Virus record (IMG/VR): IMGVR_UViG_3300015275_000001
Span: 1-47,802 of that record
Length of the DNA: 47,802 nucleotides
Direction: 5' to 3' (one strand)
Source: a virus
Part shown: in pieces, positions 9,472 through 17,892 of the stretch
Position numbering within the stretch: the first letter of the stretch is position 1
Layout: each line of letters opens with the position of its first letter
Notes under the pieces: model-generated
Told to the model about the DNA's origin: nothing
Database searches by the model: none
The model's input: the letters and a program-made list of their open reading frames with translations, nothing else
Program-made: the position numbers and the translations under genes

Positions 9472-9921
9472 TTACTGCTCCGATGTCGATCCAGTCTGAT
9501 CGGGGGCCGGGGCTTGCCCGGCGTCGGCTTCCCCCGGCGGGCTATACCCCATCACACGCGCACCGAGGATCGCGGCGGCAACAGCCCAACTTTCACGCAA
9601 GGGCGCATTATAGCTGTAGCGCTCAACGAGCTTGCGCGCCGTCGTGGCGTCGACTTTGATGTCTTCGCCATTGACGACGCCACCACCGCCGCCAATCAGG
9701 CCAAGGCGGATTGTCTCGAACAGATCCTCAACATAGGCTTCACCGCTTGCAGCATCTGCGATTGGCTGACCTTCAAGCAGATAGCGGCCTTTTAAGACAC
9801 GCCCATAGATAGCGAATATGCCCGCACCCGCCTTCTCCTGAAGCTCCGCCAGCTGGGGCAGCTTCAGGTCAAAGCGGTACTCGCCATCAGCATATTCCAG
9901 CTCAAGGGCGGTAAGGATCAT
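9472..9921 (-). CDS. Tail assembly chaperone, gene-transfer-agent-like family (149 aa)
   Basis: LELEYADGEYRFDLKLPQLAELQEK...IFAIY resembles GTA/phage tail tube chaperones. ATGA coupling to the major tail gene at 9918-9921. Confidence 0.65.
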   Translation of the reverse strand: MILTALELEYADGEYRFDLKLPQLAELQEKAGAGIFAIYGRVLKGRYLLEGQPIADAASGEAYVEDLFETIRLGLIGGGGGVVNGEDIKVDATTARKLVERYSYNAPLRESWAVAAAILGARVMGYSPPGEADAGQAPAPDQTGSTSEQ

Positions 9922-10370
9922 GCCGGAGCCGTGAACGCCCAAGTGCCATCGCTTTCGATTGTGATAGAAAGCGAGCCGTCTTGATTTTCTTCGCCGCCGA
10001 TATTCAGCGTCGTGCATACCCCCGGCCCTTGCCATTGACCGAGGGAGGTACCTGCCTCGTCATCCGGGTCGGAAAGGTCGAGCATCTGGAAGCGATAGTT
10101 GCGATGTTTGCCAGGCAAAACCTCAAGCAGCGCCTGCTGGTCAACGTTGTACACGCCGGAGCCAGTCAAAGTGCGACTCTCACTGTTCACGCGGATTTTG
10201 CGCTGGGCAACGCGACCAGGGAACGCGCAATCGCGAACTGACCGATTAGTCGTCTCAACGCTGCGATTGAAACCCGACGTTTGGACGCCGCATAGCTTGA
10301 GATAGGTGTTGGGGGTCGTCGGGTCCTCGACCCAGATAACCGCGAACTGGAACGTCTTCGGCTCCGACAT
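9918..10370 (-). CDS. Major tail (tube) protein (150 aa)
   Basis: Size and position. The ATG at 10370 is preceded by AAGGAGG. The longer ORF-track start lacks an RBS and runs into the intergenic element. Confidence 0.7.
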   Translation of the reverse strand: MSEPKTFQFAVIWVEDPTTPNTYLKLCGVQTSGFNRSVETTNRSVRDCAFPGRVAQRKIRVNSESRTLTGSGVYNVDQQALLEVLPGKHRNYRFQMLDLSDPDDEAGTSLGQWQGPGVCTTLNIGGEENQDGSLSITIESDGTWAFTAPA

Positions 10371-10417
10371 CAAGGCCTCCTTATTCGGCCTTGGTCTATG
10401 ACAGCGAGAAAGAGCAA

Positions 10418-10427
10418 TTACCGCCGT
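10418..10427 (-). repeat. Late-operon junction element, copy C (minus strand CTCTAACGGCGGTAATTGC)
   Basis: ttaccgccgt overlaps the TAA (10427-10429) of the preceding ORF, 56 nt before the major tail ATG. Confidence 0.7.
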
Positions 10428-10726
10428 TAGAGTTGCTTGCTCAGCCATTCGGTACGGCGCCGTGTCTGCTCCCGTTCGAACTGCGCACGGAACTCGACCT
10501 TTGAATTTACCATCGGTGCAGGCTCTACTGACATCAGCACAAGGCGCAGGCCTGATGCAGTATTATGGAGCGCGGCCTTGACGGTCTCGTCATCCTCCCA
10601 CGTCGCCCGGCGATCATGCTCATCAGCAAGCTGAATGACGTCGGCTTCGCTTATGACACCTGATCGAAGCATCAAGGTGATCGCCGCCAGCGCCATGCCT
10701 TCAGTCAAATTGTGGGGCGGGATCAT
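10427..10726 (-). CDS. Hypothetical protein (99 aa), moron-like
   Basis: ATG at 10726. Inserted between the tail terminator and the major tail gene. No motif recognised. Confidence 0.55.
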   Translation of the reverse strand: MIPPHNLTEGMALAAITLMLRSGVISEADVIQLADEHDRRATWEDDETVKAALHNTASGLRLVLMSVEPAPMVNSKVEFRAQFEREQTRRRTEWLSKQL

Positions 10727-10757
10727 TCTTCCGGTAGCGCACTATCAAAGCCTGCTG

Positions 10758-10982
10758 TCAACGGCCCTGCGCCGCCAAGCACTGAATATTGGCGGTTAGC
10801 TGCATATCCTTATACTTCGCATCGTTGCCGTCTTTGAGATAGGCTTGCTGGGCATCGCGAGCGGCTGTGCACTTCTCCTGATCCGATCCCGACTGAGCTA
10901 CCATCTGATATCGCCTCTCAGCGCTCGGTCCCTCCGAGCAGCTGACCGCAAAGACCGCGAGCCCGATCGCAAACCACCTCAT
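10758..10982 (-). CDS. Putative lipoprotein (74 aa), moron-like
   Basis: The internal ATG with a GGGAG RBS gives MRWFAIGLAVFAVSCSEG, a signal peptide plus a lipobox-like AVSC. Confidence 0.55.
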   Translation of the reverse strand: MRWFAIGLAVFAVSCSEGPSAERRYQMVAQSGSDQEKCTAARDAQQAYLKDGNDAKYKDMQLTANIQCLAAQGR

Positions 10983-10995
10983 GCAAATCTCCCGT

Positions 10996-11430
10996 TCAGT
11001 TCGTAATTGCCCTGATGCGAAAATTTTGCACGGAATGAAAGGCATCGTCACCATCGATTAGCAGCTGGGAACCCCGCCAAGCGAACGTCAACCGTCCGCC
11101 AGGCGCGTCAGCCTTGCGACGATCCAGTGTCTTGGCGATCAATGCGCCGATACGTGATGCGAAGTCTTCGGCAGTTTCGACCGTCGCGCCATTGTCAGTG
11201 CGCGATTTGGCGAAAGCGTGGACCGCCACTGTGATTTCCTGACCATCTAGGCAGGTCCCTACGACCGGAATGCTAGACGCACTACCCCACATTATGAATG
11301 GCCAAAGCGGGATCTTAGGCGGCGATTGCGGATGAATTTGCGCCTTAGGTACGAGTGCAGCCAACGGCGCTGACGCCCTTAGAATCGTAAGGCCTGCCTT
11401 GCGTGCCGCCATGGTGCTGTCAATCGCCAT
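10996..11430 (-). CDS. Tail completion / tail terminator protein (DUF3168-like)
   Basis: Position after the gp10-like gene. The N-terminal pattern (L..L.A..A...LV...I.P...P) is typical of the family. TGATG coupling. Confidence 0.6.
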   Translation of the reverse strand: MAIDSTMAARKAGLTILRASAPLAALVPKAQIHPQSPPKIPLWPFIMWGSASSIPVVGTCLDGQEITVAVHAFAKSRTDNGATVETAEDFASRIGALIAKTLDRRKADAPGGRLTFAWRGSQLLIDGDDAFHSVQNFRIRAITN

Positions 11431-11849
11431 CAGCGCACAGTTCCGCCCTTGAGGACGTGATTGACCGCCTGCGTCATCAGCGCCATGCCCGCTTCTTTTT
11501 CCCGAGCGAGCGCCGGGCGCATATAGGGTCGCTCAGCCATCTTGGATGTGCCGAACTCCTGAAAAACGGCGTAGGGAGCCTTCGATTGCACCTCGACGTG
11601 CAGAGGCCCTACTTCCAACGTTTCGATGTTATCCGCCAGCACGCCCGTATCTTGATTTGGCGGTTGCCCAGGAAGCGACGGCACATGGTTCTTACCGCTC
11701 ACCGCACCATCGGTGATGCTGGTCTGGGCTGCCACCTGAATGCGATTGCCGAAGACGAACAGCGCCTGCGTCACAGCCTGAACCATCGCAGGTCCTTTCG
11801 CACCTTCAAGCGCTTGGCGAAATTCTGGAACGCCCGTGATCTTGACCAT
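11430..11849 (-). CDS. Head-tail adaptor, HK97 gp10-like (139 aa)
   Basis: ...DTGVLADNIE...V.S.APYAVFQEFGTSKMAERPYMRPA matches the HK97 gp10 family signature. ATG at 11849 overlaps the upstream stop. Confidence 0.7.
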   Translation of the reverse strand: MVKITGVPEFRQALEGAKGPAMVQAVTQALFVFGNRIQVAAQTSITDGAVSGKNHVPSLPGQPPNQDTGVLADNIETLEVGPLHVEVQSKAPYAVFQEFGTSKMAERPYMRPALAREKEAGMALMTQAVNHVLKGGTVR

Positions 11850-12226
11850 CAAGCCCTCCGCCCCCGGCAAAGCCAGTGGGTCCCCATCGTGTCCTTGTCG
11901 GCTGACTGGACAGACCAGCGCCCGGCGTTCGGGCCCGCGGTCACGTTCACGGTCGCATCCGTGTCCAGCTCACCATCCAGCGTCGCACACAGGACCAGCA
12001 GCGCCACGTCCTTGTCGCGGTAGCCGTCAGCCTGTCGCATGGCCTCAGTGACGCGGTCCACCTGCACCTTGCATGAGCGGCTAACCGGCGTTCCCGGAGA
12101 TACGATAGACCCGCCGTCGTCCACCACAGGCTGACCCGGCCATTCCGCGAAGCTGTCGACGTACGGCCCCAGCCCCGCATTCGAGAACGCGACGGCAATC
12201 TTGGCAAAGGCGGCGGGGATCGTCAC
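11849..12226 (-). CDS. Head-tail joining protein candidate (125 aa)
   Basis: GTG at 12226 gives a GTGA overlap with the upstream stop. The ORF-track ATG (12334) would overlap the neighbour by 112 nt. Confidence 0.45.
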   Translation of the reverse strand: MTIPAAFAKIAVAFSNAGLGPYVDSFAEWPGQPVVDDGGSIVSPGTPVSRSCKVQVDRVTEAMRQADGYRDKDVALLVLCATLDGELDTDATVNVTAGPNAGRWSVQSADKDTMGTHWLCRGRRA

Positions 12227-12636
12227 CAGCAGGGCCACCCGCAAACCGGCTCGACGTAGCCAACCAGCATAGGCCCTCCCGTATTGCGGCGGAGCATGAC
12301 CGCAAACTCCTGACCATAGCTCGTCGCGTCCCACCCGCTCGAGAGCGATCGATTGGAAGCCGTCTCGCTGATCTGCACGTCCATGCTGGCGCTCTTGAAC
12401 TTCGTGACACCGGCTGGGATGCCCAACACAGCAAGATCGCTATCGTCCGAGATGCCCGGCGCCTTCGACAGCACCAGATGATGCGCCGCATAGGCTAGGC
12501 GGGCCGGATCAGCATCCGCGCCCCAGGCATCCGTCACGTATCTATCAGCGTCAGTCAGCCAATACTGAACACGATCGTCAGCCACGCCAGCGAATGCCGG
12601 GTAGCGCATCTTCAGGTCCGCGGGGGTGACGCTCAT
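12223..12636 (-). CDS. Head completion / connector protein (DUF4054-like)
   Basis: MSVTPADLKMRYPAFAGV.D..V..WL.DA resembles DUF4054 connector proteins. ATGA coupling at 12633-12636. Confidence 0.6.
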   Translation of the reverse strand: MSVTPADLKMRYPAFAGVADDRVQYWLTDADRYVTDAWGADADPARLAYAAHHLVLSKAPGISDDSDLAVLGIPAGVTKFKSASMDVQISETASNRSLSSGWDATSYGQEFAVMLRRNTGGPMLVGYVEPVCGWPCW

Positions 12637-14735
12637 ACCGGGATACTCGAGCCGCCATCTCGGGCGTAAATCTCGCTGATGGTGAGGTTGTCCGCGACGC
12701 CTGCCGCCACGTCAGCCGCCAGATAATCCATAAACTGCTGGAACCCGGCGGTCGTCATTCCGATGGCCGATGCGGTCGCGGCGATATCGTGGATGTAATA
12801 GATGATCGTTGCCTGGCGCAGTTTGGCCTTCTCGTACTGCGCGATTAGCTGGTTAACGGTGACCCCAGAGCCCATGCTGGTCGAGCACGCCGGAAGCGTC
12901 AGAGCTTGGTCTATGCCGAAGCGCGAATGGAAGTGGCCCTGAGACGGGCTGTAGAGCGTTGTGCGTCCGGTGAGGAAGCCCTGAGCCGCCAGCGCTGCCT
13001 GCATCTTGCCATTGTAGAACGCGCCGCGCTTGTCGATCAGGACAGCCGCCAGAGCCGCGCGTGTCGGCACGTTCTGGCTAACCTGATAGTGCGTGCTGTC
13101 CACGACAGCCGTGACCGTTGTACCGGTCGGGATAGCTGATCCTGCAAGCGTAAAGCCGATGTTCGCGCTATCGGTGGCAGGGACGGTGACGACATTGGAG
13201 CCGTCAGCCGTGCAACTGGCCAGATTGACCTTCGCCCCGAACGTGGCCCACGTCCCGTTGCTATAACAGCCGTGGTTCTTGCCGGGGTTGTCAAAACCGT
13301 TGTCTACCAACCACTGACGAACTCCTGCTGCTTCCGTCGCGGCGGTTGCGGGGTCTGAGCGGTTCGTGATCGGAGCGTCGTCGTTCGTGAAGTTGCAGGC
13401 AAGGTCCCAACCAGCCGCGCGCATTTGCCCCATCTGGGCCTTAGACAGGCGGTTGGCGTTCCCGACGTTCAGCGGCACGGTATAGCTGGTGCCACGCAGG
13501 CCGCGCGTCGTCATATACGGGAGCGCGATCGTTGCTGTCGTATCGAAGCAGTCATCAAACGACAGACACACGGTCGGGCGTCCGCCAGCGCGCGCCATGA
13601 GAGCATCATGACGGACCGTGGGCAACGAACGATACCGAGCCGATAGCGTGCCAGCCCCCGGCGTGTTCAGGCCCGAATGTTCCGACACATGGAAGGTATG
13701 CGGATGCCAGCCCAACGCCTGATCGGCGGGGTTGGGGTTGCTGTTGATGTTCTGAGTGTCGACGTCCTGAACCAAGCCGACGAACGATCCAGCGCGGCTG
13801 AACTGCGGATACGAGACCGGGTTTTGCTGCTCGGACTGCGGCTCCACGTAGGTCGCCAGATAGATAAGGCCAAGCGTCGAAGGGTCGATGCTAGTCGAGC
13901 CGTCAATCGTAAAGTTGGCGGTGCGCGTCGCCAGGACCGTGCCAGTTCCGGTACGATCAATCTTGAGCGAGCCCGAACCTTGCTTGGCGGACGGGTCGAT
14001 GGACAGCGTGACATTGGACGCCGTGTACGCGCTCAGCGTGTCAAAGCTGTCGAGCAGGATCGGCGCGGCATAGACAACCTGATACGCCACAGCATCAGTC
14101 AGAACGCCGGAGATATTGCCCTTGGCCACTAGGCGGAAACCAGCATCCCCGGCCGCTGCGATGTAGGTCGAAGCCGTCGCTCCGCTGATCGCCGTCTGGG
14201 TACGATCGCTGCTCAGCGCCTCGCGATACCACTGGATACCGGTCATCCCGGCGGGTGCGGTATAGGTCTGCCCGACCGAGCCGTCCTTGGTCGTGGTCAG
14301 CGCACCGAACGAACGGACCGCGGGCGCGCCGACCAGAACCTGCTGCGTGGAGCCAAGGTCGTCCTCGGCATACAGCCGATAGGTGATGGATCCATCCGGT
14401 TGTCGTTGCCCCGCGGCGCGGTACCGAACTAGCGTCCGGCCCGGCCCCATTAGCGCCAGCGCACTGGTCATCAGCTGATCGCGCGTAGTCGCGGTGATGT
14501 CGATCCGGCTGTCCCGGTAGCCCTGACCGACACCCGGCTCATATTCGCGCAGAGATACGGTCGAGACAGGGTAGGGGAGGCCACGCGACATCAACTGACC
14601 GTTAACCACTGAAAAGCCCGGAGATGCATCCCCCAGAACCTCCACCCGCCCGGTCGTCAGGCCCGAGATAGCCGCTTGGAAAGGGCGGCCCTGCACGCCC
14701 TGGGTGGTGGAGAGGGTGAGAGCATTGAGCGCCAT
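12633..14735 (-). CDS. Fibre-like structural protein with C-terminal polysaccharide deacetylase (CE4/NodB-like) domain (700 aa)
   Basis: RPTVCLSFDDCFD...(motif 1-like)...TIIYYIHDI (motif 5-like) at about aa 385-690. The N-terminal and central parts are beta-rich. The gene lies between the head genes and the connector genes. Confidence 0.6.
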   Translation of the reverse strand: MALNALTLSTTQGVQGRPFQAAISGLTTGRVEVLGDASPGFSVVNGQLMSRGLPYPVSTVSLREYEPGVGQGYRDSRIDITATTRDQLMTSALALMGPGRTLVRYRAAGQRQPDGSITYRLYAEDDLGSTQQVLVGAPAVRSFGALTTTKDGSVGQTYTAPAGMTGIQWYREALSSDRTQTAISGATASTYIAAAGDAGFRLVAKGNISGVLTDAVAYQVVYAAPILLDSFDTLSAYTASNVTLSIDPSAKQGSGSLKIDRTGTGTVLATRTANFTIDGSTSIDPSTLGLIYLATYVEPQSEQQNPVSYPQFSRAGSFVGLVQDVDTQNINSNPNPADQALGWHPHTFHVSEHSGLNTPGAGTLSARYRSLPTVRHDALMARAGGRPTVCLSFDDCFDTTATIALPYMTTRGLRGTSYTVPLNVGNANRLSKAQMGQMRAAGWDLACNFTNDDAPITNRSDPATAATEAAGVRQWLVDNGFDNPGKNHGCYSNGTWATFGAKVNLASCTADGSNVVTVPATDSANIGFTLAGSAIPTGTTVTAVVDSTHYQVSQNVPTRAALAAVLIDKRGAFYNGKMQAALAAQGFLTGRTTLYSPSQGHFHSRFGIDQALTLPACSTSMGSGVTVNQLIAQYEKAKLRQATIIYYIHDIAATASAIGMTTAGFQQFMDYLAADVAAGVADNLTISEIYARDGGSSIPV

Positions 14736-14767
14736 ACTGCCTCCATGCGGCTATGGGGTGGCGGGCT

Positions 14768-14777
14768 GTACCGCCGT
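14768..14777 (-). repeat. Late-operon junction element, copy B (minus strand CTGTAACGGCGGTACAG)
   Basis: gtaccgccgt overlaps the TAA (14777-14779), 41 nt before the ATG at 14735. The downstream box CCCCATAGCC and GCAGTATGGCG are shared with copy A. Confidence 0.75.
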
Positions 14778-14992
14778 TACAGACGGATGACCGCGCCGCC
14801 CGCGATTGCCGCGATCAACCCGAGCAGAGCGGGAGTGCCAGCTTCCTCAATGGTCGCAACGGGTGGGTCTAGATGCACGACAAGCGGGCTATCGGCGATG
14901 TAGACATTCTGGAACGCGACAGTAGCGTAATAGCCATAGCCGTTGACCTTCAGCTTGGCGGGAAGGCCTGCAACGCTGATTTCGGGATCCAT
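14777..14992 (-). CDS. Small protein with C-terminal membrane anchor (71 aa)
   Basis: The C-terminus PALLGLIAAIAGGAVIRL is hydrophobic. Confidence 0.5.
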   Translation of the reverse strand: MDPEISVAGLPAKLKVNGYGYYATVAFQNVYIADSPLVVHLDPPVATIEEAGTPALLGLIAAIAGGAVIRL

Positions 14993-15001
14993 ATCGGCTT
15001 C

Positions 15002-15511
15002 CTACTGCCGTGCCACGACGCGGACGTTCAGCCCGGCCGCAGCGTTGGCAAAAGGGGAGATGGCTAGGCCTAGAAGTGACGTCGAGACGGTCGGCAGAGT
15101 AGTTGCGACAAGCTGGAAACACTTGCCACTTGCACCCGTAGCGGACCAAGTGGCCACCGTGCAGAGATAGGGCTGATTCACGCCCGTTACACGCGCATCG
15201 ACATAGATCGGAGTGGTAGAAAAGGGCGCGTCAAAGGTGACGCTATAGGTCGCATCGGCTGCCGTCGTCGTGGTCTTGGCCTGGATGACCGTCGGCCGGG
15301 TGGCATCAGGCCGCGTCGTACAGGGCGTGCCAGCGCCAACCGTGCCCGTGAGGGTGTCCTGCATGGGCACCGTGTTGCACGGGGCCGGGACTGCCGCCTG
15401 CGCCGCTTGTGCGGCCTGCTGAACGCTCTGCACCTCGGTCTTAGTGGCGAAGGTCGACGTGTCCGCAGGAGGGGGCGTGACGACCTGCAACGCGAGCATG
15501 AGCGCGATCAT
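15002..15511 (-). CDS. Exported/anchored Thr/Ala-rich protein (169 aa)
   Basis: N-terminal hydrophobic MIALMLALQVV. ATGA coupling with the upstream gene. Confidence 0.55.
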   Translation of the reverse strand: MIALMLALQVVTPPPADTSTFATKTEVQSVQQAAQAAQAAVPAPCNTVPMQDTLTGTVGAGTPCTTRPDATRPTVIQAKTTTTAADATYSVTFDAPFSTTPIYVDARVTGVNQPYLCTVATWSATGASGKCFQLVATTLPTVSTSLLGLAISPFANAAAGLNVRVVARQ

Positions 15512-15948
15512 TGCGACACCACGACGAAAGTCGCGCCAGCCGTTGCCGACGTGATGCTGACCTGATCAGTCAGGACGATGCCTTGGAAACCGCCGCAGTT
15601 GAAGGAGCCGCCCGCCGGGAGAGGGATGGCGTTCGCAGCGGTGGCGCTACCCGGCGCCCCAAGGTAGATCAGTTCAGCAGCGGTCGAATTGTTGTAGATC
15701 GCGCAACCGCGACGGGTTGAGTTGGCAGCCAAAGCCGATTGGAAGGTATTGGCAGTCGCCACCGAACCATTCGTCGTCGTGCTGGTTGTGCGGAGGGGGA
15801 GTGAGCCGTTCGACCCATCCGTGTTGAGCAGGATGACTCCTTGGGCACCCTGGATCTGCCCAGCCGTATCGCGATAGGTCGGGGCTGAAATCTGGGCTGC
15901 TACGGGCTGGGCTACCAGCAATGCTATTGCGGCAATCATGAAACGCAT
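15508..15948 (-). CDS. Secreted protein (146 aa)
   Basis: ATG at 15948 gives MRFMIAAIALLVAQPVAAQ, a classic signal peptide. The ORF-track start at 15963 lies inside the terminator T-tract. Confidence 0.6.
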   Translation of the reverse strand: MRFMIAAIALLVAQPVAAQISAPTYRDTAGQIQGAQGVILLNTDGSNGSLPLRTTSTTTNGSVATANTFQSALAANSTRRGCAIYNNSTAAELIYLGAPGSATAANAIPLPAGGSFNCGGFQGIVLTDQVSITSATAGATFVVVSQ

Positions 15949-15961
15949 GTGATGCTCCAAC

Positions 15962-15992
15962 AAAAAGGGCCGCCACTCGAAAGCAGCGGCCC
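15962..15992 (-). terminator. Rho-independent terminator after the capsid gene block
   Basis: The minus strand reads GGGCCGCTGCTTTCGAGTGGCGGCCC (about a 10-bp stem) followed by TTTTT, 25 nt after the stop at 16018. Confidence 0.7.
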
Positions 15993-16017
15993 GAGGCTGG
16001 GAGAAACCCGGCAGGGG

Positions 16018-16386
16018 TTAACCTTCGCGGTGAAGCTCGATCGCCGCGACGATATCGTTGTTGGTCGCGCCATCTTCGATATCGACGCCTTCCGCCTTGG
16101 CGATGTCCAGCAATTCAGCCTTGCTCTTGCCGGTCAGGCCGGGGAGCTTCGAGCCGCTGTCCTTGCCCGCAAGCTGCGCTTCCAGTTCCGCAACGCGCGC
16201 ACGCAGAGCCTCGACGTCGTTGGCGTCGCGTTCTGCCTGATCGGCGGGCTTGCCGAAGTCCGGCAGCGGCTCCTTGACCTTCATATCGGAGATATCGAGC
16301 GTCTGCCCGCTCTCGACCCAGACGGTCGAGCCGTTCTCGAGATTGATGCCGCGGGGGCCGGGCTGGTAATTGGTGACGGTGGTCAT
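16018..16386 (-). CDS. Hypothetical head-module protein with C-terminal HeH/Rho-N-like motif (122 aa)
   Basis: LTGKSKAELLDIAKAEGVDI resembles the SAP/HeH (Rho N-terminal-like) motif. Follows the major capsid gene. Confidence 0.6.
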   Translation of the reverse strand: MTTVTNYQPGPRGINLENGSTVWVESGQTLDISDMKVKEPLPDFGKPADQAERDANDVEALRARVAELEAQLAGKDSGSKLPGLTGKSKAELLDIAKAEGVDIEDGATNNDIVAAIELHREG

Positions 16387-16398
16387 AATCCGGCTCCC

Positions 16399-17409
16399 TT
16401 AAATGTTGTCGCGGTAGCTCATCGTCTTCGGACGATAGAGCTCGAACTGACCGACGTTCATCACGCCGTCGACACGCCAGGTCATGGACGAGGTGGGGAA
16501 CAGCGGCATGAACTCGAACATGCCCGGCAGGAAAAACTCCATGTTGTCGGGGTTCTTCTCGTAGGCGACGATGCGGCCGGTGCCACCAGCGCCAGCCGTC
16601 TCCAGTTCGCGGCTGGGTCGGATATCGAGCGGCTGCTTGGTAATCGCGGTATAGGCGTTGTTCTCGGTGATATACTTCAGGATCGACTGATCCGTGTTCG
16701 GCATCCGAGTGCGGTTGGCGATAAGGAACTTGCTGGTGGGGATCAGGAGCGAATTGGCGGTTGCCGTCTCACGGGTGTTCACGAACACGTCCGTCAGCGC
16801 AGCGTCCACGTCAGCCGACATCTGATCGGCGCTCGCGGTTGCCCAGTTGCCGGTCGGGGCGTTCGCGGTGGGCACGACCGTCTGGTTGATCATGCCAAGA
16901 AAGTTCTTCTCGCCAGTATCGCCGCGGATGACGCGATCGTAGATGAACTTCTCAGCCACCATGCGCGCGGCTGATGCTTTGCGCTCAGCGAGGTTCGAGC
17001 CGCCTTCGGTGACGCCAGGGTTCTGTGCGACCATGCGAGCGAAGCGCTCGACCTCACGGCGCGACAGCTCATAGCCGACGCCAGCGAGGTGGAACTGCGT
17101 CACGCCCTGGCTGAAGTTGATCGATGCGTTCGGAACGTCGAAGGCCTTGCCCCCGAGATATTCCGCCTTGCCCGCGACATCGCCGGAATAGACCAGCGTG
17201 CCGACGTCCCACATGTCGCCATCGGTGTTGACCGGAACCAGCCCGGCATAGTCGAAGCTGGGATACTTCTGACCGATGAACTTGTGCGTGCGGTACAGAG
17301 CGGGCTGCGCGAAGCCGACCGTCTGCTGGGCATCGTGAAGGTCGAGCGTCGGGGGCACGCCAAAGGAGCGGGCCGCGTCGCCAAGATGAATGATGTTCGG
17401 TGCGTACAT
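16399..17409 (-). CDS. Major capsid protein (336 aa, DUF2184-like, HK97 fold expected)
   Basis: Size and position after the decoration and scaffold genes. Co-occurs with a DUF1073-type portal and a DUF2213-type scaffold. Confidence 0.8.
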   Translation of the reverse strand: MYAPNIIHLGDAARSFGVPPTLDLHDAQQTVGFAQPALYRTHKFIGQKYPSFDYAGLVPVNTDGDMWDVGTLVYSGDVAGKAEYLGGKAFDVPNASINFSQGVTQFHLAGVGYELSRREVERFARMVAQNPGVTEGGSNLAERKASAARMVAEKFIYDRVIRGDTGEKNFLGMINQTVVPTANAPTGNWATASADQMSADVDAALTDVFVNTRETATANSLLIPTSKFLIANRTRMPNTDQSILKYITENNAYTAITKQPLDIRPSRELETAGAGGTGRIVAYEKNPDNMEFFLPGMFEFMPLFPTSSMTWRVDGVMNVGQFELYRPKTMSYRDNI

Positions 17410-17424
17410 TGGTTCAGCCCCCTC

Positions 17425-17880
17425 TTACTGCTGCACGACGCGAAGACGAACAGGCGCGCCGCTCGAAACTGCGTCCATGAAGGTCGCAGGGATCGCCGTG
17501 TTGCCGCTCGACGTGGCGGTGAAGGCGCCCGCGCTGGTCACATAGGCCGCGGCGTCCTTCGTCGTATTGCTGCCCGCCAGCACCCAGATATCGCCCATAT
17601 CGAGCAGCGACATGGTGCCGTACTGCGGATGGACGTCCGCGGTGGCGGTGAGGCCGGGCACGATGCCGATATCGGCGATCACGATGCCTTTGAACTTGGT
17701 GCCGGGGGTCGCAGTGACCTGCTTGCCGACGCCGGTCGAGAAGACCGCCTTGCCGAAAGCGATACCGGCTGCATCAGCGCAAATGCCAGTCGGGCGCGAC
17801 TGCGTGTTGCCGTCTGCCAGCATGCCGGGGAAGCCCTGCGCATAACCGGTGAGATACGTGTCCTGAACGGTGATAGGCAT
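17425..17880 (-). CDS. Head decoration / cement protein (151 aa)
   Basis: Gly/Ala/Thr-rich beta protein immediately upstream of the capsid gene, as in Gp24-type cement proteins. Confidence 0.6.
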   Translation of the reverse strand: MPITVQDTYLTGYAQGFPGMLADGNTQSRPTGICADAAGIAFGKAVFSTGVGKQVTATPGTKFKGIVIADIGIVPGLTATADVHPQYGTMSLLDMGDIWVLAGSNTTKDAAAYVTSAGAFTATSSGNTAIPATFMDAVSSGAPVRLRVVQQ

Positions 17881-17892
17881 CTCTCTTCCCCC

